Of a stretch of 64,000 nt of DNA, positions 10,547-31,263 are shown piece by piece (positions within the stretch are counted from its first letter, which is position 1; every line of letters begins with the position of its first letter). Source of the stretch: Malacoraja senta (lineage: Eukaryota); NCBI GenBank assembly GCA_038087875.1, contig JAXLNO010000363.1, forward strand, positions 62,001-126,000. Reading direction: 5' to 3'. The translations under genes were made by a program, and so were the position numbers. Under the pieces are notes generated by a model. It did not search any database and was not told where the DNA came from. It saw only the letters and a list, made by a program, of their open reading frames with translations.

Positions 10547-12803
10547 CTGTGGGAGGAAATCAGTGGTCACCTGTGTATCAATGGAGAGGGTGGGGAGAGA
10601 GTGGGGGAGAGCGGGAGAGAGGGGGGGAGAGAGAGAAGGGGGAGGGGGAAAGGGGGAGAGAGGGGAGAGGGGAGAGAGAGGGAGAGGGAGGAGAGGGGGG
10701 AAGATGGGGGAAAGAGGGTGGAAAGAGGGGAGAGAGGAGAGGGAAAGAGGGGGAAAGAGAGGGGGAGAGAGAGGGAGGAGAGAGGGGGGAAGATGGGAGA
10801 GAGGGGGGAGAGAGAAGGGAGAGAGAGGGGGGGGAACACAGGGAGAAGGGAGGGGGGAGAGAGAGGAGTGAGAGAAGGGCAGAGAAGGGGGAGAGAGAGA
10901 GAGGGAGAGATAGGGAGAGGGAGGAGAGAGGGGGGAAATATGGGGAGAGAAGGGGGAGAGATGGGGAGCGAAGGGGAGAGAGAGAGGGGGGGAGAGAGGG
11001 AGAGAGAGAGAAGGGGAAAGAGAGGGGGAGAGAGGAGAGATAGAGGGTTGAGATAGAGAGAGGGGGAGAGAGAGAGGGGGAAAGATGAGGGAGAGAAGGG
11101 GGGAGAGAGAGGGGGAGGATGGGGAAGAGAAGGGGGCGAGAGAGAGGGGGGAAGATGGGAGAGAAGGGGGGAGAGAGAGGGGGAAAGATGGGGGAGACAG
11201 TGGGGGGGAGTGAGAGGGAGAGGCAGAGAGAGAGAAAGGGAAAGAGAAGGGGGAAAGAGAGAGGAGAGAGGGGAGGAATAAGAGGGGAGAGAGAGGGTAT
11301 TAGAGGGAGGGAGTGGCCTCTGTTATAAACTGCATCGAAACAGATGGATTTTTCACCGAGTCCATCTGTCGCAGCGAGTTCCCATAAAATACTTCACCTG
11401 GAGTATTGTGTACAGTTTTGGTCTCCTAATTTGAGGAGGACATCCTTGTGATTGAGGCAGTGTAGCGTAGGTTCACCAGATTGATCCCTGGATGGCGGGA
11501 CTGTCATATGAGGAAAGAATGAAAAGACTGGGCTTGTATCACTGGCGTTTAGACGGATGGGGGGGGGGGATCTTATAGAAACATATAAAATTATAAAAGG
11601 ACTGGACAAGCTAGATGCAGGAAAAATGTTCCCAATGTTGGGCGAGTCCAGAACCAGGGGGCCACACAGTCTTAGAATAAAGGGGAGGCTATTTAAGACT
11701 GAGGTGAGAAAAACTTTTTCACCCAGAGAGTTGTGAGTCTGTGGCCATTTGGGACTGAGATGAGGAGAAACTTTTCCACCCAGAGAGTTGTGTGAATTTG
11801 TGAATTCCCTGCTGCCACAGAGGTCAGTGGAGGCCAAGTCACTGGATGGATTTAAGAGAGAGTTAGATAGAGCTCTAGGGCTAGTGGAATCAAGGGATAT
11901 GGGGAGAAGGCAGGCACGGGTTATTGATTGGGACGATCAGCGTGATCACAATGAATGGCGGTGCTGGCTCGAAGGGCCGAATGGCCTCCTCCTGCACCTA
12001 TTGTCTATTATTCTATGACTGTAAACTCCACCTCCACCAGGGACTAACGTTACTGAACCATTTTACTGTGGTGTCTTTTTAAAATTGCTGTTTTTCCCTT
12101 TTGTTCCCCTCCCACAAATATGTAATATGTGAATATTCTGTTTGTAGTTTGTCTGTTTGTCTTTTGCACAATTCCCGCGAGCATCGACACTTTTAATTTC
12201 ACTGCCCACCTCGAATGTGTGTGGGTGACCAATAGACTGGACTAGAATTTAGCTCGAATTTAGAAGATTGAGGGGGGATCTTATAGAAACGTACAAGATT
12301 CTTAAGGGGTTGGACAGGTTAGATGCAGGAAGATTGTTCCTGATGTTGGGGAAGTCCAGGACAAGGGGTCACACAGTTTAAGGATAAGGGGGGAGTCTTT
12401 TAGGACCGAGATTTTTCACACAGAGAGTGGTGAATCTGTGGAATTCTCTGCCACAGAGGTAGTTGAGGCCAGTTCATTGGCTATATTTAAGAGGGAGTTA
12501 GATGTGGCCCTTGTGGCTAAAGGGATCAGGGGGTATGGAGAGAAGGCAGGTACGGGATACTGAGTTGGATGATCAGCCATGATCATATTGAATGGCGGTG
12601 CAGGCTCGAAGGGCCGAATGGCCTCTACTCCTGCAACTATTGTCTATGTTTCTATGTTTCTATGACCTGACTTGACTTGCCGAGCTTTATGTGGCCACTG
12701 TTTGATAACTTTGGGTATCGAAAGCAAAGTGTCACCCTGACTCGATTTCTTGGAAAATACTTCCCTTTATCGGATTCAGGACGGGTGGGCAGAGACAGAG
12801 AGG

Positions 12804-12886
<83 letters not shown>

Positions 12887-13044
12887 ACAAAGGGAGAAGG
12901 GGAGAGAGGAGGAGAGAGAGAGAGAGAGGGGGAGAGGGGATGAGAAGGGGAAGGAGAAGGGAGAGAGGAGAGGGGAGAGGAGGGGGGGAGAGGGGAAAGA
13001 GGGGATAGAGGAGAGGGGGATGAGAGAGAGAGAGAGAGAGAGAG

Positions 13045-18765
<5,721 letters not shown>

Positions 18766-19382
18766 CAAATCGCTGTTAAATCTTTCCCCCTTCACCTTGA
18801 ACCCGTGTCCTCTGGTCCTCGATTCCCCTACTCTGGCAAGAGACTCTGTGCGTCTACCCGATCTATTCCCCTCATGATTTTATACATCTCTATAAGATCC
18901 ATCACATTGTGGGACGTGGGGATATGGACCCAAACGCAGGCAGGTGGGACTAGTGTAGATGGGACATGTTGGCCGGTGTGGGCAAGTTGGGCTGAAGGAC
19001 CTGTTTCTGTGACTCTGGGACTAGTGTAGATGGGGCATGTTGGGCTAGTGTGGGCAAGTTGGGCCGAAGGGCCTGTTTCCGTGACTCTGGGACTAGTGTA
19101 GATGGGACATGTTGGCCGGTGTGGGCAAGTTGGGCCGAAGGAAGGGCCTGTTTCCACGCTGTATCACTCTGTGACTAGTGGAGATGGGGCATGTTGGGCT
19201 AGTGTGGGCTAGTTGGGCTGAAGGAAGGGCCTGTTTCCACGCTGTATCACTCTGTGACTAGTGGAGATGGGGCATGTTGGGCGGTGTGGGCAAGTTGGGC
19301 CGAAGGAAGGGCCCTGTTTCGAACTGCGTAACTCTGTGATTCTAAATAAACGTGAGATGAATAAGCAGGAATGGGAACTCAC

Positions 19383-19535
19383 CTTTCCAGACGGATCGAT
19401 GTGCTCAGTCACTTGGAAGTTTAATTTGTTCAGGCAATCCCAGAGAGTTTTTCTATCAATGTCAGCTCCGCTCCTACCGTTTGCAATGCAGAGAATTAAG
19501 GCCTTTCTCAGTCGCGACATATCATAACATCCCTC
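19383..19535 (-). pseudogene. Caspase-14-like large-subunit first exon, second visible copy (EGCYDMSRLRKALILCIANGRSGADIDRKTLWDCLNKLNFQVTEHIDPSGK)
   Basis: 153 nt, AG acceptor, canonical GTGAGT donor; three amino-acid differences from 3565-3717. Confidence 0.88.
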
Positions 19536-20874
19536 CTGTTCCAGAGACCAAGATTTTCACACAGTCAGTACAGACGTCCAGGGCAGGGAGACAATAGACA
19601 TAGACAATAGGTGCAGGAATAGAGGCCATTCGGCCCTTCGAGCAAGCACCGCCATTCACTGCGATCATGGCTGATCGTCCCCAATCAATAACCCGTGCCT
19701 GCCCTTCTCCCCATGATCCCTTGATTCCACTAGCCCCTAGAGCTAAATCTAACTCTATCCTACACACACACTAGGGACAATTTACATTCATGCCAAGCCA
19801 ATTAACCTGGAATAGAGACCCAGCCTACTCAACCTCTCCCTGTAGCTCACACCCTCTAGTCCCGGCAACATCCTCGTGAATCTTCTCTGCGCCCTTTCCA
19901 GCTTGACGACATCGTTCCTGTAACAACGGTGCCCAGAACTGAACACAATACTCTAAATGCAGTCTCACCAACGTCTTGTACAACTGCAACGTGACCTCCC
20001 AACTTCTAGACTCAATACTCTTGACTGATGAAAGGCCAAAGTGCCAAAAGCCTTGTTCACCACCTTGTCTACCTGCGACTCGACCTTCAAGGAACCATGC
20101 ACCTGTACTCCTAGATCCCTCTGCTCTACAACACTACCCAGAGGCCCAGAGACCATTCACTGTGTAGGTCCTGCCCTTAGATGTCCCAAAATACAACACC
20201 TCACACACATAACAAGAGGAGTCGAGTACAGGAGCAAAGATGTCCTTCTGCAGTTGTACAGGGCCCTAATGAGACCACACCTGGAGTATTGTGTACAGTT
20301 TTGGTCCCCTAATTTGAGGAAGGACATTCTTGCTATTGAGGGAGCCCAGCGTAGGTTCACCAGGTTAATTCACGGGATGGCAGGACTGTCATATGCTGAG
20401 AGAATGGAGCGGCTGGGCTTGTACACTCTGGCGTTTAGAAGGTTGAGAGGGTATCTCATTGAAACATATAAGATTATTAAGGGTTTGGACACGCTAGAGG
20501 CAGGAAACATGTTCCGATGTTGGGGGAGTCCTGTACCAGGGGCCACACACAGGTTAAGAATAAGGGGTCGGCCATTTAGAACGGAGACGAGGAAACACTT
20601 TTTCTCACAGAGAGTGGTGAGTCTGTGGAATTCTCTGCCTCAGAGGGCGGTGGAGGCCGGTTCTCTGGATGCTTTCAAGAGAGAGCTAGATAGGGCTCTT
20701 AAAGATAGCAGAGTCAGGGGATATGGGGAGAAGGCAGGAACGGGGTACTGATTGGGCATGATCAGCCATGATCACATTGAATGGTGGTGCTGGCTCGATG
20801 GGCCGAATGGCCTCTACTCCTGCACCTATTGTCTATTGTCTATTAAATTCCATCGACCGTTCCGTGCTGCCTAC

Positions 20875-20967
20875 CTGGTCTTGTACCTCTGGGGCAGGTG
20901 TGGAGGGGGGGGGTGGGAGCCTCATTGTCCAAGGTGGGGGCTCCAGGTATAGGTACACTATCTACAC
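20875..20967 (-). pseudogene. Pro-rich linker exon, copy 3
   Basis: Paralogue of 5055-5146; 93 nt because of one extra base in a G homopolymer; donor GTAGGC. Confidence 0.6.
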
Positions 20968-23199
20968 CTGTGGGAGGAAAACCAGTGGTCACCTGTGTAT
21001 CAATGGAGAGGGTGGGGAGAGAGGGGGGAGAGAGAGAAGGGGGAGGGGGAAAGGGGGAGAGAGGGAGAGGGGAGAGAGAGGGAGAGGGAGGAGAGGGGGG
21101 GAAGATGGGGAGAGAGGGGGGGAAAGAGGGAAGAGAGGGAGAGGGAAAGAGGGGGAAAGAGAGGGGTAGAGAGAGGGAGGAGAGGGGGGAAGATGGGGAG
21201 AGAGGGGGGAGAGAGAAGGGAGAGAGAGGGGGGGAAACAGGGAGAAGGGAGGGGGAGAGAGGGAGTGAGAGAAGGGGGAGAGAAGGGGGGGAGAGAGAGA
21301 GGGGAGAGATAGGGAGAGGGAGGAGAGAGGGGGGAAATATGGGGAGAGAAGGGGGGAGAGATGGGGAGCGAAGGGGAGAGAGAGGGGGGGAGAGAGGGAG
21401 AGAGAGAGAAGGGGAAAGAGAGGGGGAGAGAGGAGAGATAGAGGGTTGAGATAGAGAGAGGGGGAGAGAGAGAGGGGGAAAGATGGGAGAGAAGGGGGGA
21501 GAGAGGTGGGAAGATGGGGAGAGAAGGGGGGCGAGAGAGAGGGGGGAAGATGGGGAGAGAAGGGGGGAGAGAGAGAGGGGGGAAAGATGGGGAGACAGTG
21601 GGGGAGTGAGAGGGGAGAGGCAGAGAGAGAGAAAGGGAGAGAGAAGGGGGAAAGAGAGAGGAGAGAGGGGTGGAATAAGAGGGGAGAGAGAGGGGATTAG
21701 AGGGAGGGAGTGGCCTCTGTATAAACTGGCATCGATCCAGGTTTGTGTTTAAACAGATGGATTTTTCACCGAGTCCATCTGTCGCAGCGAGTTCCCATAA
21801 AATACTTCACTGGAGTATTGTGTACAGTTTTGGTCTCCTAATTTGAGGAAGGACATCCTTGTGATTGAGGCAGTGCAGCGTAGGTTCACCAGATTGATCC
21901 CTGGGATGGTGGGACTGTCATATGAGGAAAGAATGAAAAGACTAGGCTTGTATTCACTGGCGTTTAGACGGATGGGGGGGGGGATCTTATAGAAACATAT
22001 AAAATTATAAAAGGACTGGACAAGCTAGATGCAGGAAAAATGTTCCCCAATGTTGGGCGAGTCCAGAACCAGGGGCCACACAGTCTTAGAATAAAGGGGA
22101 GGCTATTTAAGACTGAGGTGAGAAAAAACTTTTTCACCCAGAGAGTTGTGTGTAATCTGTGGCCATTTGGGACTGAGATGAGGAGAAACGTTTCCACCCA
22201 GAGAGTTGTGTGAATTTGTGGAATTCCCTGCCACAGAGGGCAGTGGAGGCCAAGTCACTGGATGGATTTAAGAGAGAGTTAGATAGAGCTCTAGGGGCTA
22301 GTGGAATCAAGGGATATGGGGAGAAGGCAGGCACGGGTTATTGATTGGGGACGATCAGCCGTGATCACAATGAATGGCGGTGCTGCTGGAAGGGCCGAAT
22401 GGCCTCCTCCTGCACCTATTGTCTATGTTTCTATGACTCTAGACTCCCACCTCACCAGGGACTAACGTTACTGAACCATTTTACTGTGGTGTCTTTTTTA
22501 AAATTGCTGTTTTTCCCTTTTGTTCCCCTCCCACAAATATGTAATATGTGAATATTCTGTTTGTAGTTTGTCTGTTTGTCTTTTGCACAATTCCCGCGAG
22601 CATCGACACTTTTAATTTCACTGCCCACCTCGTATGTGTGTGGGTGACCAATAGACTGGACCTAGAATTTAGCTCGCATTTAGAAGATTGAGGGGGGGAT
22701 CTTATAGAAACTTACAAGATTCTTAAGGGGTTGGACAGGTTAGATGCAGGAAGATTGTTCCTGATGTTGGGGAAGTCCAGGACAAGGGGTCACACAGTTT
22801 AAGGATAAGGGGGAAGTCTTTTAGGACCGAGATTTTTCATACAGAGAGTGGTGAATCTGTGGAATTCTCTGCCACAGAGGTAGTTGAGGCAGTTCATTGG
22901 CTATATTTAAGAGGGAGTTAGATGTGGCCCTTGTGGCTAAAGGGATCAGGGGGTATGGAGGAGAAGGCAGGTACGGGATACTGAGTTGGATGATCAGCCA
23001 TGATCATATTGAATGGCGGTGCAGGCTCGAAGGGCCGAATGGCCTCTACTCCTGCAACTATTGTCTATGTTTCTATGTTTCTATGACCTGACTTGACTTG
23101 CCGAGCTTTATGTGGCCACTGTTTGGATAACTTTGGGTATCGAAAGCAAAGTGTCACCCTGACTCGATTTCTTGGAAAATACTTCCCCTTTATCGGATT

Positions 23200-23231
23200 C
23201 AGGACGGGTGGGGCAGAGACAGAGAGGGAGG

Positions 23232-23328
<97 letters not shown>

Positions 23329-23464
23329 ACAAAGGGAGAAGGGGGAGAGAGAGGAGGAGAGAGGAGGAGAGAGGGGGAGAGGGGATGAGAAGGGAAGGGA
23401 GAAGGGGGCGAGAGGAGAGGGAGAGGAGGGGGAGAGAGGGGAAAGAGGGGATAGAGGAGAGGGG

Positions 23465-23495
<31 letters not shown>

Positions 23496-24492
23496 GGCTC
23501 CCTAATCTCTCTCTCTCTCTCTCTCACTCTCTCTCTCTCTCTCTCTGTCACACACACACACACCTGAGCCTAGTGACCAGGGACTTTGATATGACCCTTG
23601 AACTCCAGGGCCGAACCAGTCTGTCTGTCCCACAAGCTTTTCCAATTTGACCAAATCTCACAGCAAAACCCGTTTTGAAGTCCAATAGCCATTAAGCCCA
23701 TACATAACATGCATTTCCCTCACCCAACGATACAACAATTCAATTTCATCGTATTCACAGCCGACTCGAAGGGGAAGTCCACAGTCCACTTGGAAACATT
23801 ACCCTGATGAACAGAGCCACACACGAGGCTCAACCGCCCCATCCAATTAACACTTAGCAGAGTCACACTCTGCAACATTACTTTCAACCTATTTACAAGG
23901 TGAATGTCCAGGTTTTTTGCACACATCCAATCCACTCTATGCATTTGACAGTATTTGCAAGGCTTCCCATTCTCTGCATGCAAATTGCATCTAAGTTCCA
24001 GATTCCCAGGCATCTCTCGGAGTCTGTCTGTCTGTCTGTCTGTCTGTCCCAGAGAGCTTTTCCCATTTGACCAAATCTCACAGCAAACCCCGTTTTGAAG
24101 TCCAAACACTCTTCTCCTCCTCTCCTCCTCAGACGGACAAAGGTTGTGCAGGTGGACTGAAGGTGTGGTGAGTGAGAGAGAAAGAGAGAGAGAGAGAGAG
24201 AGTAGAGAGAGGCTACAGTGGTAGCCGGGAGGTGAAATATCCCAATATCTATCCAAAAAGATATCTATTATATTATTGTAATATATATTAATCAAAGATT
24301 GATTGATTGATTGATCGATAGATAGATAGATAGATAGAGATGGAGAAATACTGCTCAAAACAGGAGAGAGAGTGTGTGTGTGTGTGTGTGAGAGAGGGAG
24401 GGAGGGAGGGAGAAAGGGGAGAGAATTGAGATTTGAACATTGTTCAGCTTTTCTCCACACATCACGCAGCAAAGTCTCTCTGACCTGGATCC

Positions 24493-24530
<38 letters not shown>

Positions 24531-24611
24531 CAATGAAGGGGGTAAAACATACTGTGCTGAGTTGAGCAAAGTTTAATACTTACAGGGGATGAAAGTACAA
24601 ATTGGCAGAGG

Positions 24612-24650
<39 letters not shown>

Positions 24651-24864
24651 CATTTTGGCCTTTTTTCCTCACTTTTTGGTGACAAATATTCCACTTTTTA
24701 ATTGTCTACAGATCTCAAGAATACGATCCCGGATCTCGCAGGCAGACAGGCAATGAACGGAGAATTCCGGTGTGGTGAGTGAAAACACACAGTCACACAC
24801 ACACACGCACACACCCACACACACACACACACACACAGTCCTAAACAGGGTGGGGAATGTGTGC

Positions 24865-24905
<41 letters not shown>

Positions 24906-24914
24906 CAGGCTCCC

Positions 24915-24961
<47 letters not shown>

Positions 24962-25909
24962 ACACACACACACACCTGAGCCTAGTGACCAGGGACTTTG
25001 ATATGCCCCTTGAAATCCAGGGCCGAAACAGTCTGTCTGTCTGTCCCACAGAGCTTTTCCAATTTGACAAATCTCACAACAAAACCCGTTTTGAAGTCCA
25101 ATAGCCATTAAGCCCATACATAACATGCATTTCCCTCACCCAACGATACAACAATTCAATTTCATCGTGTTCACAGCCGACTCGATGGGGAAGTCACTTG
25201 GAAACATTTACCCTGATGAACAGAAGCCACACACAAGGCTCAACCGCCCCATCCAATTAACACTTAGCAGAGTCACACTCTGCAACATTACTTTCAACCT
25301 ATTTACAAGGTGAATGTCCAGGTTTTTGCACACATCCAATCCACTCTATGCATTTGACAGTATTTGCAAGGCTTCCCATTCTCTGCATGCAAATTGCATC
25401 TAAGTTCCAGATTCCCAGGCATCTCTCGGAGTCTGTCTGTCTGTCCCAGAGAGCTTTTCCCATTTGACCAAATCTCACAGCAAACCCGTTTTGAAGTCCA
25501 AACACTCTTCTCCTCCTCCTCCTCCTCCTCAGACGGACAAAGGTTGTGCAGGTGGACTGAAGGTGTGGTGAGTGAGAGAGAGAGAGAGAGAGAGTAGAGA
25601 GAGGGTAGAGAGAGGCTACAGTGGTAGCCGGGGAGGTGAAATATCCCAATATCTATCCAAAAAGATATCTATTATATTATTGTAATATATATTAATCAAA
25701 GATTGATTGATTGATTGATCGATAGATAGATAGATAGATAGATAGAGATGGAGAAATACTGCTCAAAACAGGAGAGAGTGTGTATGTGTGTGTGTGTGTG
25801 TGTGAGAGAGAGGGAGGGAGGGAGGGAGAAAGGGGAGAGAATTGAGATTTGAACATTGTTCAGCTTTTAACCACACATCACGCAGCAAAGTCTCTCTGAC
25901 CTGGATCCT

Positions 25910-25942
<33 letters not shown>

Positions 25943-26258
25943 CAATGAAGGGGTAAAACATACTGTGCTGAGTTGAGCAAAGTTTAATACTTACAGGGAT
26001 GAAAGTACAAATTGGCAGAGGCAGGGAGAGAGAGAGAGAGAGAGAGAAAGCATTTTGGCCTTTTTTCCTCACTTTTTGGTGACAAATATTCCACTTTTTA
26101 ATTGTCTACACATCTCAAGAATACGATCCCGGATCTCGCAGGCAGACAGGCAATGAACGGAGAATTCCGGTGTGGTGAGTGAAAACACACAGTCACACAC
26201 ACACACGCACACACACACACCCACACACACAGTCCTAAACAGGGTGGGGAATGTGTGC

Positions 26259-26297
<39 letters not shown>

Positions 26298-26309
26298 CAG
26301 GCTCCCTAA

Positions 26310-26367
<58 letters not shown>

Positions 26368-27324
26368 GTCACACACACACACACCCTGAGCCTAGTGACC
26401 AGGGACTTGATATGCCCCTTGAACTCCAGGGCCGAACCAGTCTGTCTGTCTGTCCCACAGAGCTTTTCCAATTTGACCAAATCTCACAACAAAACCCGTT
26501 TTGAAGTCCAATAGCCATTAAGCCCATACATAACATGCATTTCCCTCACCCAACGATACAACAATTCAATTTCATCGTGTTCACAGCCGACTCGAAGGGG
26601 AAGTCCACTTGGAATCATTGACCCTGATGAACAGAGCCCACACACAAGGCTCAACCGCCCCATCCAATTAACACTTAGCAGAGTCACACTCTGCAACATT
26701 ACTTTCAACCTATTTACAAGGTGAATGTCCAGGTTTTTTCACACATCCAATCCACTCTATGCATTTGACAGTATTTGCAAGGCTTCCCATTCTCTGCATG
26801 CAAATTGCATCTAAGTTCCAGATTCCCAGGCATCTCTCGGAGTCTGTCTGTCTGTCTGTCTGTCCCAGAGAGCTTTTCCCATTTGACCAAATCTCACAGC
26901 AAACCCCGTTTTGAAGTCCAAACACTCTTCTCCTCCTCCTCCTCCTCCTCAGACGGACAAAGGTTGTGCAGGTGGACTGAAGGTGTGGTGAGTGAGTGAG
27001 AGAGAGAGAGAGAGTAGAGAGAGGGTAGAGAGAGGCTACAGTGGTAGCCGGGGAGGTGAAATATCCCAATATCTATCCAAAAAAGATATCTATTATATTA
27101 TTGTAATATATATTAATCAAAGATTGATTGATTGATTGATAGATAGATAGATAGAGATGGAGAAATACTGCTCAAAACAGGAGAGAGTGTGTATGTGTGT
27201 GTGTGTGTGTGTGTGAGAGAGAGGGAGGGAGGGAGGGAGGGAGAAAGGGGAGAGAATTGAGATTTGAACATTGTTCAGCTTTTCTCCACACATCACGCAG
27301 CAAAGTCTCTCTGACCTGGATCCT

Positions 27325-27357
<33 letters not shown>

Positions 27358-27621
27358 CAATGAAGGGGGTAAAACATACTGTGCTGAGTTGAGCAAAGTT
27401 TAATACTTACAGGGGATGAAAGTACAAATTGGCAGAGGGAGGGAGAGAGAGAGAGAGAGAGAGAAAGCATTTTGGCCTTTTTTCCTCACTTTTTGGTGAC
27501 AAATATTCCACTTTTTAATTGTCTACAGATCTCAAGAATACGATCCCGGATCTCGCAGGCAGACAGGCAATGAACGGAGAATTCCGGTGTGGTGAGTGAA
27601 AACACACAGTCACACACACAC

Positions 27622-27660
<39 letters not shown>

Positions 27661-27685
27661 CCTAAACAGGGTGGGGAATGTGTGC

Positions 27686-27730
<45 letters not shown>

Positions 27731-27739
27731 CAGGCTCCC

Positions 27740-27774
<35 letters not shown>

Positions 27775-28388
27775 ACACACACACACACCCTGAGCCTAGT
27801 GACCAGGGACTTTGATATGCCCCTTGAACTCCAGGGCCGAACCAGTCTGTCTGTCCCACAGAGCTTTTCCAATTGACCAAATCTCACAGCAAAACCCGTT
27901 TTGAAGTCCAATAGCCATTAAGCCCATACATAACATGCATTTCCCTCACCCAACGATACAACAATTCAATTTCATCGTATTCACAACCGACTCGAAGGGA
28001 AGTCCACTTGGAAACATTGACCCTGATGAACAGAAGCCCACACACAAGGCTCAACCGCCCATCCAATTAACACTTAGCAGAGTCACACTCTGCAACATTA
28101 CTTTCAACCTATTTACAAGGTGAATGTCCAGGTTTTTGCACACATCCAATCCACTCTATGCATTTGACAGTATTTGCAAGGCTTCCCATTCTCTGCATGC
28201 AAATTGCATCTAAGTTCCAGATTCCCAGGCATGTCTCGGAGTCTGTCTGTCTGTCTGTCTGTCCCAGACAGCTTTTCCCATTTGACCAAATCTCACAGCA
28301 AACCCCGTTTTGAAGTCCAAACACTCTTCTCCTCCTCCTCCTCCTCCTCAGACGGACAAAGGTTGTGCAGGTGGACTGAAGGTGTGGT

Positions 28389-28450
<62 letters not shown>

Positions 28451-28545
28451 CTACAGTGTAGCCGGGGAGGTGAAATATCCCAATATCTATCCAAAAATAT
28501 ATCTAGTATATTACTGTAATATGTATTAATCAAAGATTGATTGAT
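23200..28545. repeat. ~1.4-kb macrosatellite, ~4 units, subfamily I
   Basis: Repeated cores near 23640, 25060, 26460 and 27860. Confidence 0.93.
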
Positions 28546-28724
28546 TTTGACTTTTTGACTAATTTTCTTCTTTCTGTCTTATTTCTTCACATACAGATCT
28601 CCACACAATGAAGGATGAAGGGCCAGGCTTGGTGCTGAGCTGGCTGAGAGAGAGAGAGAGAGAGAGCTGCTTGCTGCTGAGCTGGCTGAGAGAGAGAGAG
28701 AGAGAGCTGCTTGCTGCTGAGCTG

Positions 28725-28762
<38 letters not shown>

Positions 28763-29706
28763 GAGAGAGAGAGCTGCTTGCTGCTGAGCTGGCTGAGAAA
28801 ACACAAATAGTTTTGCTTTTGCTTGCTCTTAAAGTGACGATATTCCCGACCACTTACAATGTTATTACAATGAAATAAAAGACACTGATTCAAATCACAC
28901 ACTTGTCTTATGATTATTATCATCATCATCACACACTGAGGAGGGGAAGGAGGGGGGCCATTAAAAAAAAAATTAGGGACAAATCTTGAGTTTTGGGGTA
29001 GGTAAAACCAATTTTGACTATTCTACTCATCACACACAGAGGGGGGGCTAGTACAGGCCTGCTGGGCCGAAGGGGACACCTGGGCTAGTATGACGGGCCG
29101 AATCAACATCCAAAAAGAAATTTTGCGGGGCAAAAATTGGGCGAATTCTCTGGAATCTTAGAAGCAACACACATGTGGGTTTGGGGGGGCTAGTACATGC
29201 CTGCTGGGCCGAAGGGGCTTTAAAATGGGGCTAGTATATGCCTGCTGGGCCGAAGGGACACTGAAATCGGGCTAGTGCAGGCCTGCTGGCCGAAGGGCTA
29301 GTATTAGATGGGCCAAAGGGACATTTTAAAATACAAATTTTAAGCTCAAATGCGATCTTTTGGCCGTTTCCCTGTACAGCTAAAGTGCTTTTAATCCTCA
29401 AGTGCAGATCCCACAGGCCATGAGGGGAGGGGATGCATTGGGCATTTTTACCAGCCTTGTGTGTGGGGGGGGCGGCATAAAATGAATTGTCAGCTAGGCA
29501 GCAAAATCCATTTTGGGCTCTTCTTAAAGATGGCGGAGTCAGGGGATATGGGGAGAAGGCAGGCAGGAACGGGGTACTTCTTCAGACTTTCAGTGTCTCC
29601 ACCTGAAACGTCGCCCATTCCTTCTCTCCAGAGATGCACAAAATGGCCGACATCTTAGTACAAAATGGCCCACATCTTTGTACAAAGTACAAAGAGAGAG
29701 GGAGAG

Positions 29707-29748
<42 letters not shown>

Positions 29749-30007
29749 TATGGAGAGAGAGAGGGGGGGAGTGAGAGAGGGAGAAAGGGGGAGAGGGAGA
29801 GAGAGGGGGAGATGGAGGGAGAGAGAGAGAGAGAGAGCAAAATGGCCGACATCTTAGTACAAAATGGCCAACATCTTTGTACAAAGTGGCCGACAGCTTA
29901 GTACAAAATGGCTGACACGCTCCTGATACCAAGGTGGACCTCGACAGATGGAGAGAAAGAGAGAGAGAGGGAGGGGAGAGAGAGAGGGGGAGAGAGAGGG
30001 GGAGATG

Positions 30008-30041
<34 letters not shown>

Positions 30042-30065
30042 GAGAGAGGGAGGGGAGAGAGAGAG

Positions 30066-30111
<46 letters not shown>

Positions 30112-30570
30112 TGGTAAAACAAGGCTAACCTTAACTAAACACATGTAACATTTGCTTCCCTCTCCTCACCTCCCCATTGATGTGATGTGTCCCAGACAGG
30201 ACAATGACATTCTTGCTTACTAGCAGCAGCACAACAGAATATTTGAGGCATAAATACAGATCAGATCTGTGTGTCTGCCAGAATTCTCTGCCTCAGAGTG
30301 CGGTGGAGGCCGGTTCAAGAGAGAGCTAGATAGGGCTCTTAAAGATGGCGAAGTCAGGGGATATGGGGAGAAGCCAGGCAAGGAACGGGGTACTTCTTCA
30401 GACTTTCAGTGTCTCCACCTGAACGTCGCCCATTCCTTCTCTCCAGAGATGCACAAAATGGCCGACATCTTAGTACAAAATGGCCGGCAACTTTGTACAA
30501 TGTGGCCGACAGCTTAGTACAAAATGGCTGACACGCTCCTGATACCAAGGCAGACCTCGGCAGATGGAGA

Positions 30571-30618
<48 letters not shown>

Positions 30619-31200
30619 TCCACTCACTTCTCACTTCACTCAGATTCCACAGAATTTCTTTAAATTTTAGTTTAAAGTGCAAGTGAAATGAATTTGCCAG
30701 CAGGAGGTCCTTCTGCAGTTGTACAGGGCCCTGGTGAGACCACACCTGGAGTATTGTGTGCAGTTTTTGGTCCCCTAATTTGAGGAACGACATTCTTGCT
30801 ATTGAGGGAGCCCAGCATAGGTTCACCAGGTTAATTCCCAGGATGGCGGGACTGTCATACGCTGGGAGAATGGAGCGGCTGGCTTGTACACCTGGAGTTT
30901 AGAAGGATGAGAGGGTATCTCATTGAAACATATAAGATTGTTAAGGGTTTGGACACGCTAGAGGCAGGAAACATGTTCCCGATGTCGGGGGAGTCCAGAA
31001 CCAGGGGCCACACACAGTTTAAGAATAAGGGGTCGGCCATTTAGAACGGAGATGAGGAAACACTTTTCCACCCGGAGGGTTGTGTGAATCTGTGGAATTC
31101 TCTGCCTCAGAGGGCGGTGGAGGCCGATTCTCTGGATGTTTTCAAGAGAGAGCATAAAGAACACATAAAGAAAACTCTGCAAAGAATTACAATGGGTTAA

Positions 31201-31263
31201 TTTATTGTGAGTTTATTACAATGCATACAGATTTAAATCGTTTTTTACCATTTCATGATTCAC
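31201..31263 (-). pseudogene. Internally deleted copy of the caspase-like terminal exon plus poly(A) signal
   Basis: Reverse complement of 62202-~62222 fused to ~62419-62450; the upstream intron (31264-31330) matches ~62120-62201. Confidence 0.8.

Noticed and set aside
29270..29300. Minus-strand QAC codons as the missing caspase active site
   Set aside because: Reads QACTS inside a repeat, with no PK..IIQACRG context or splice sites.
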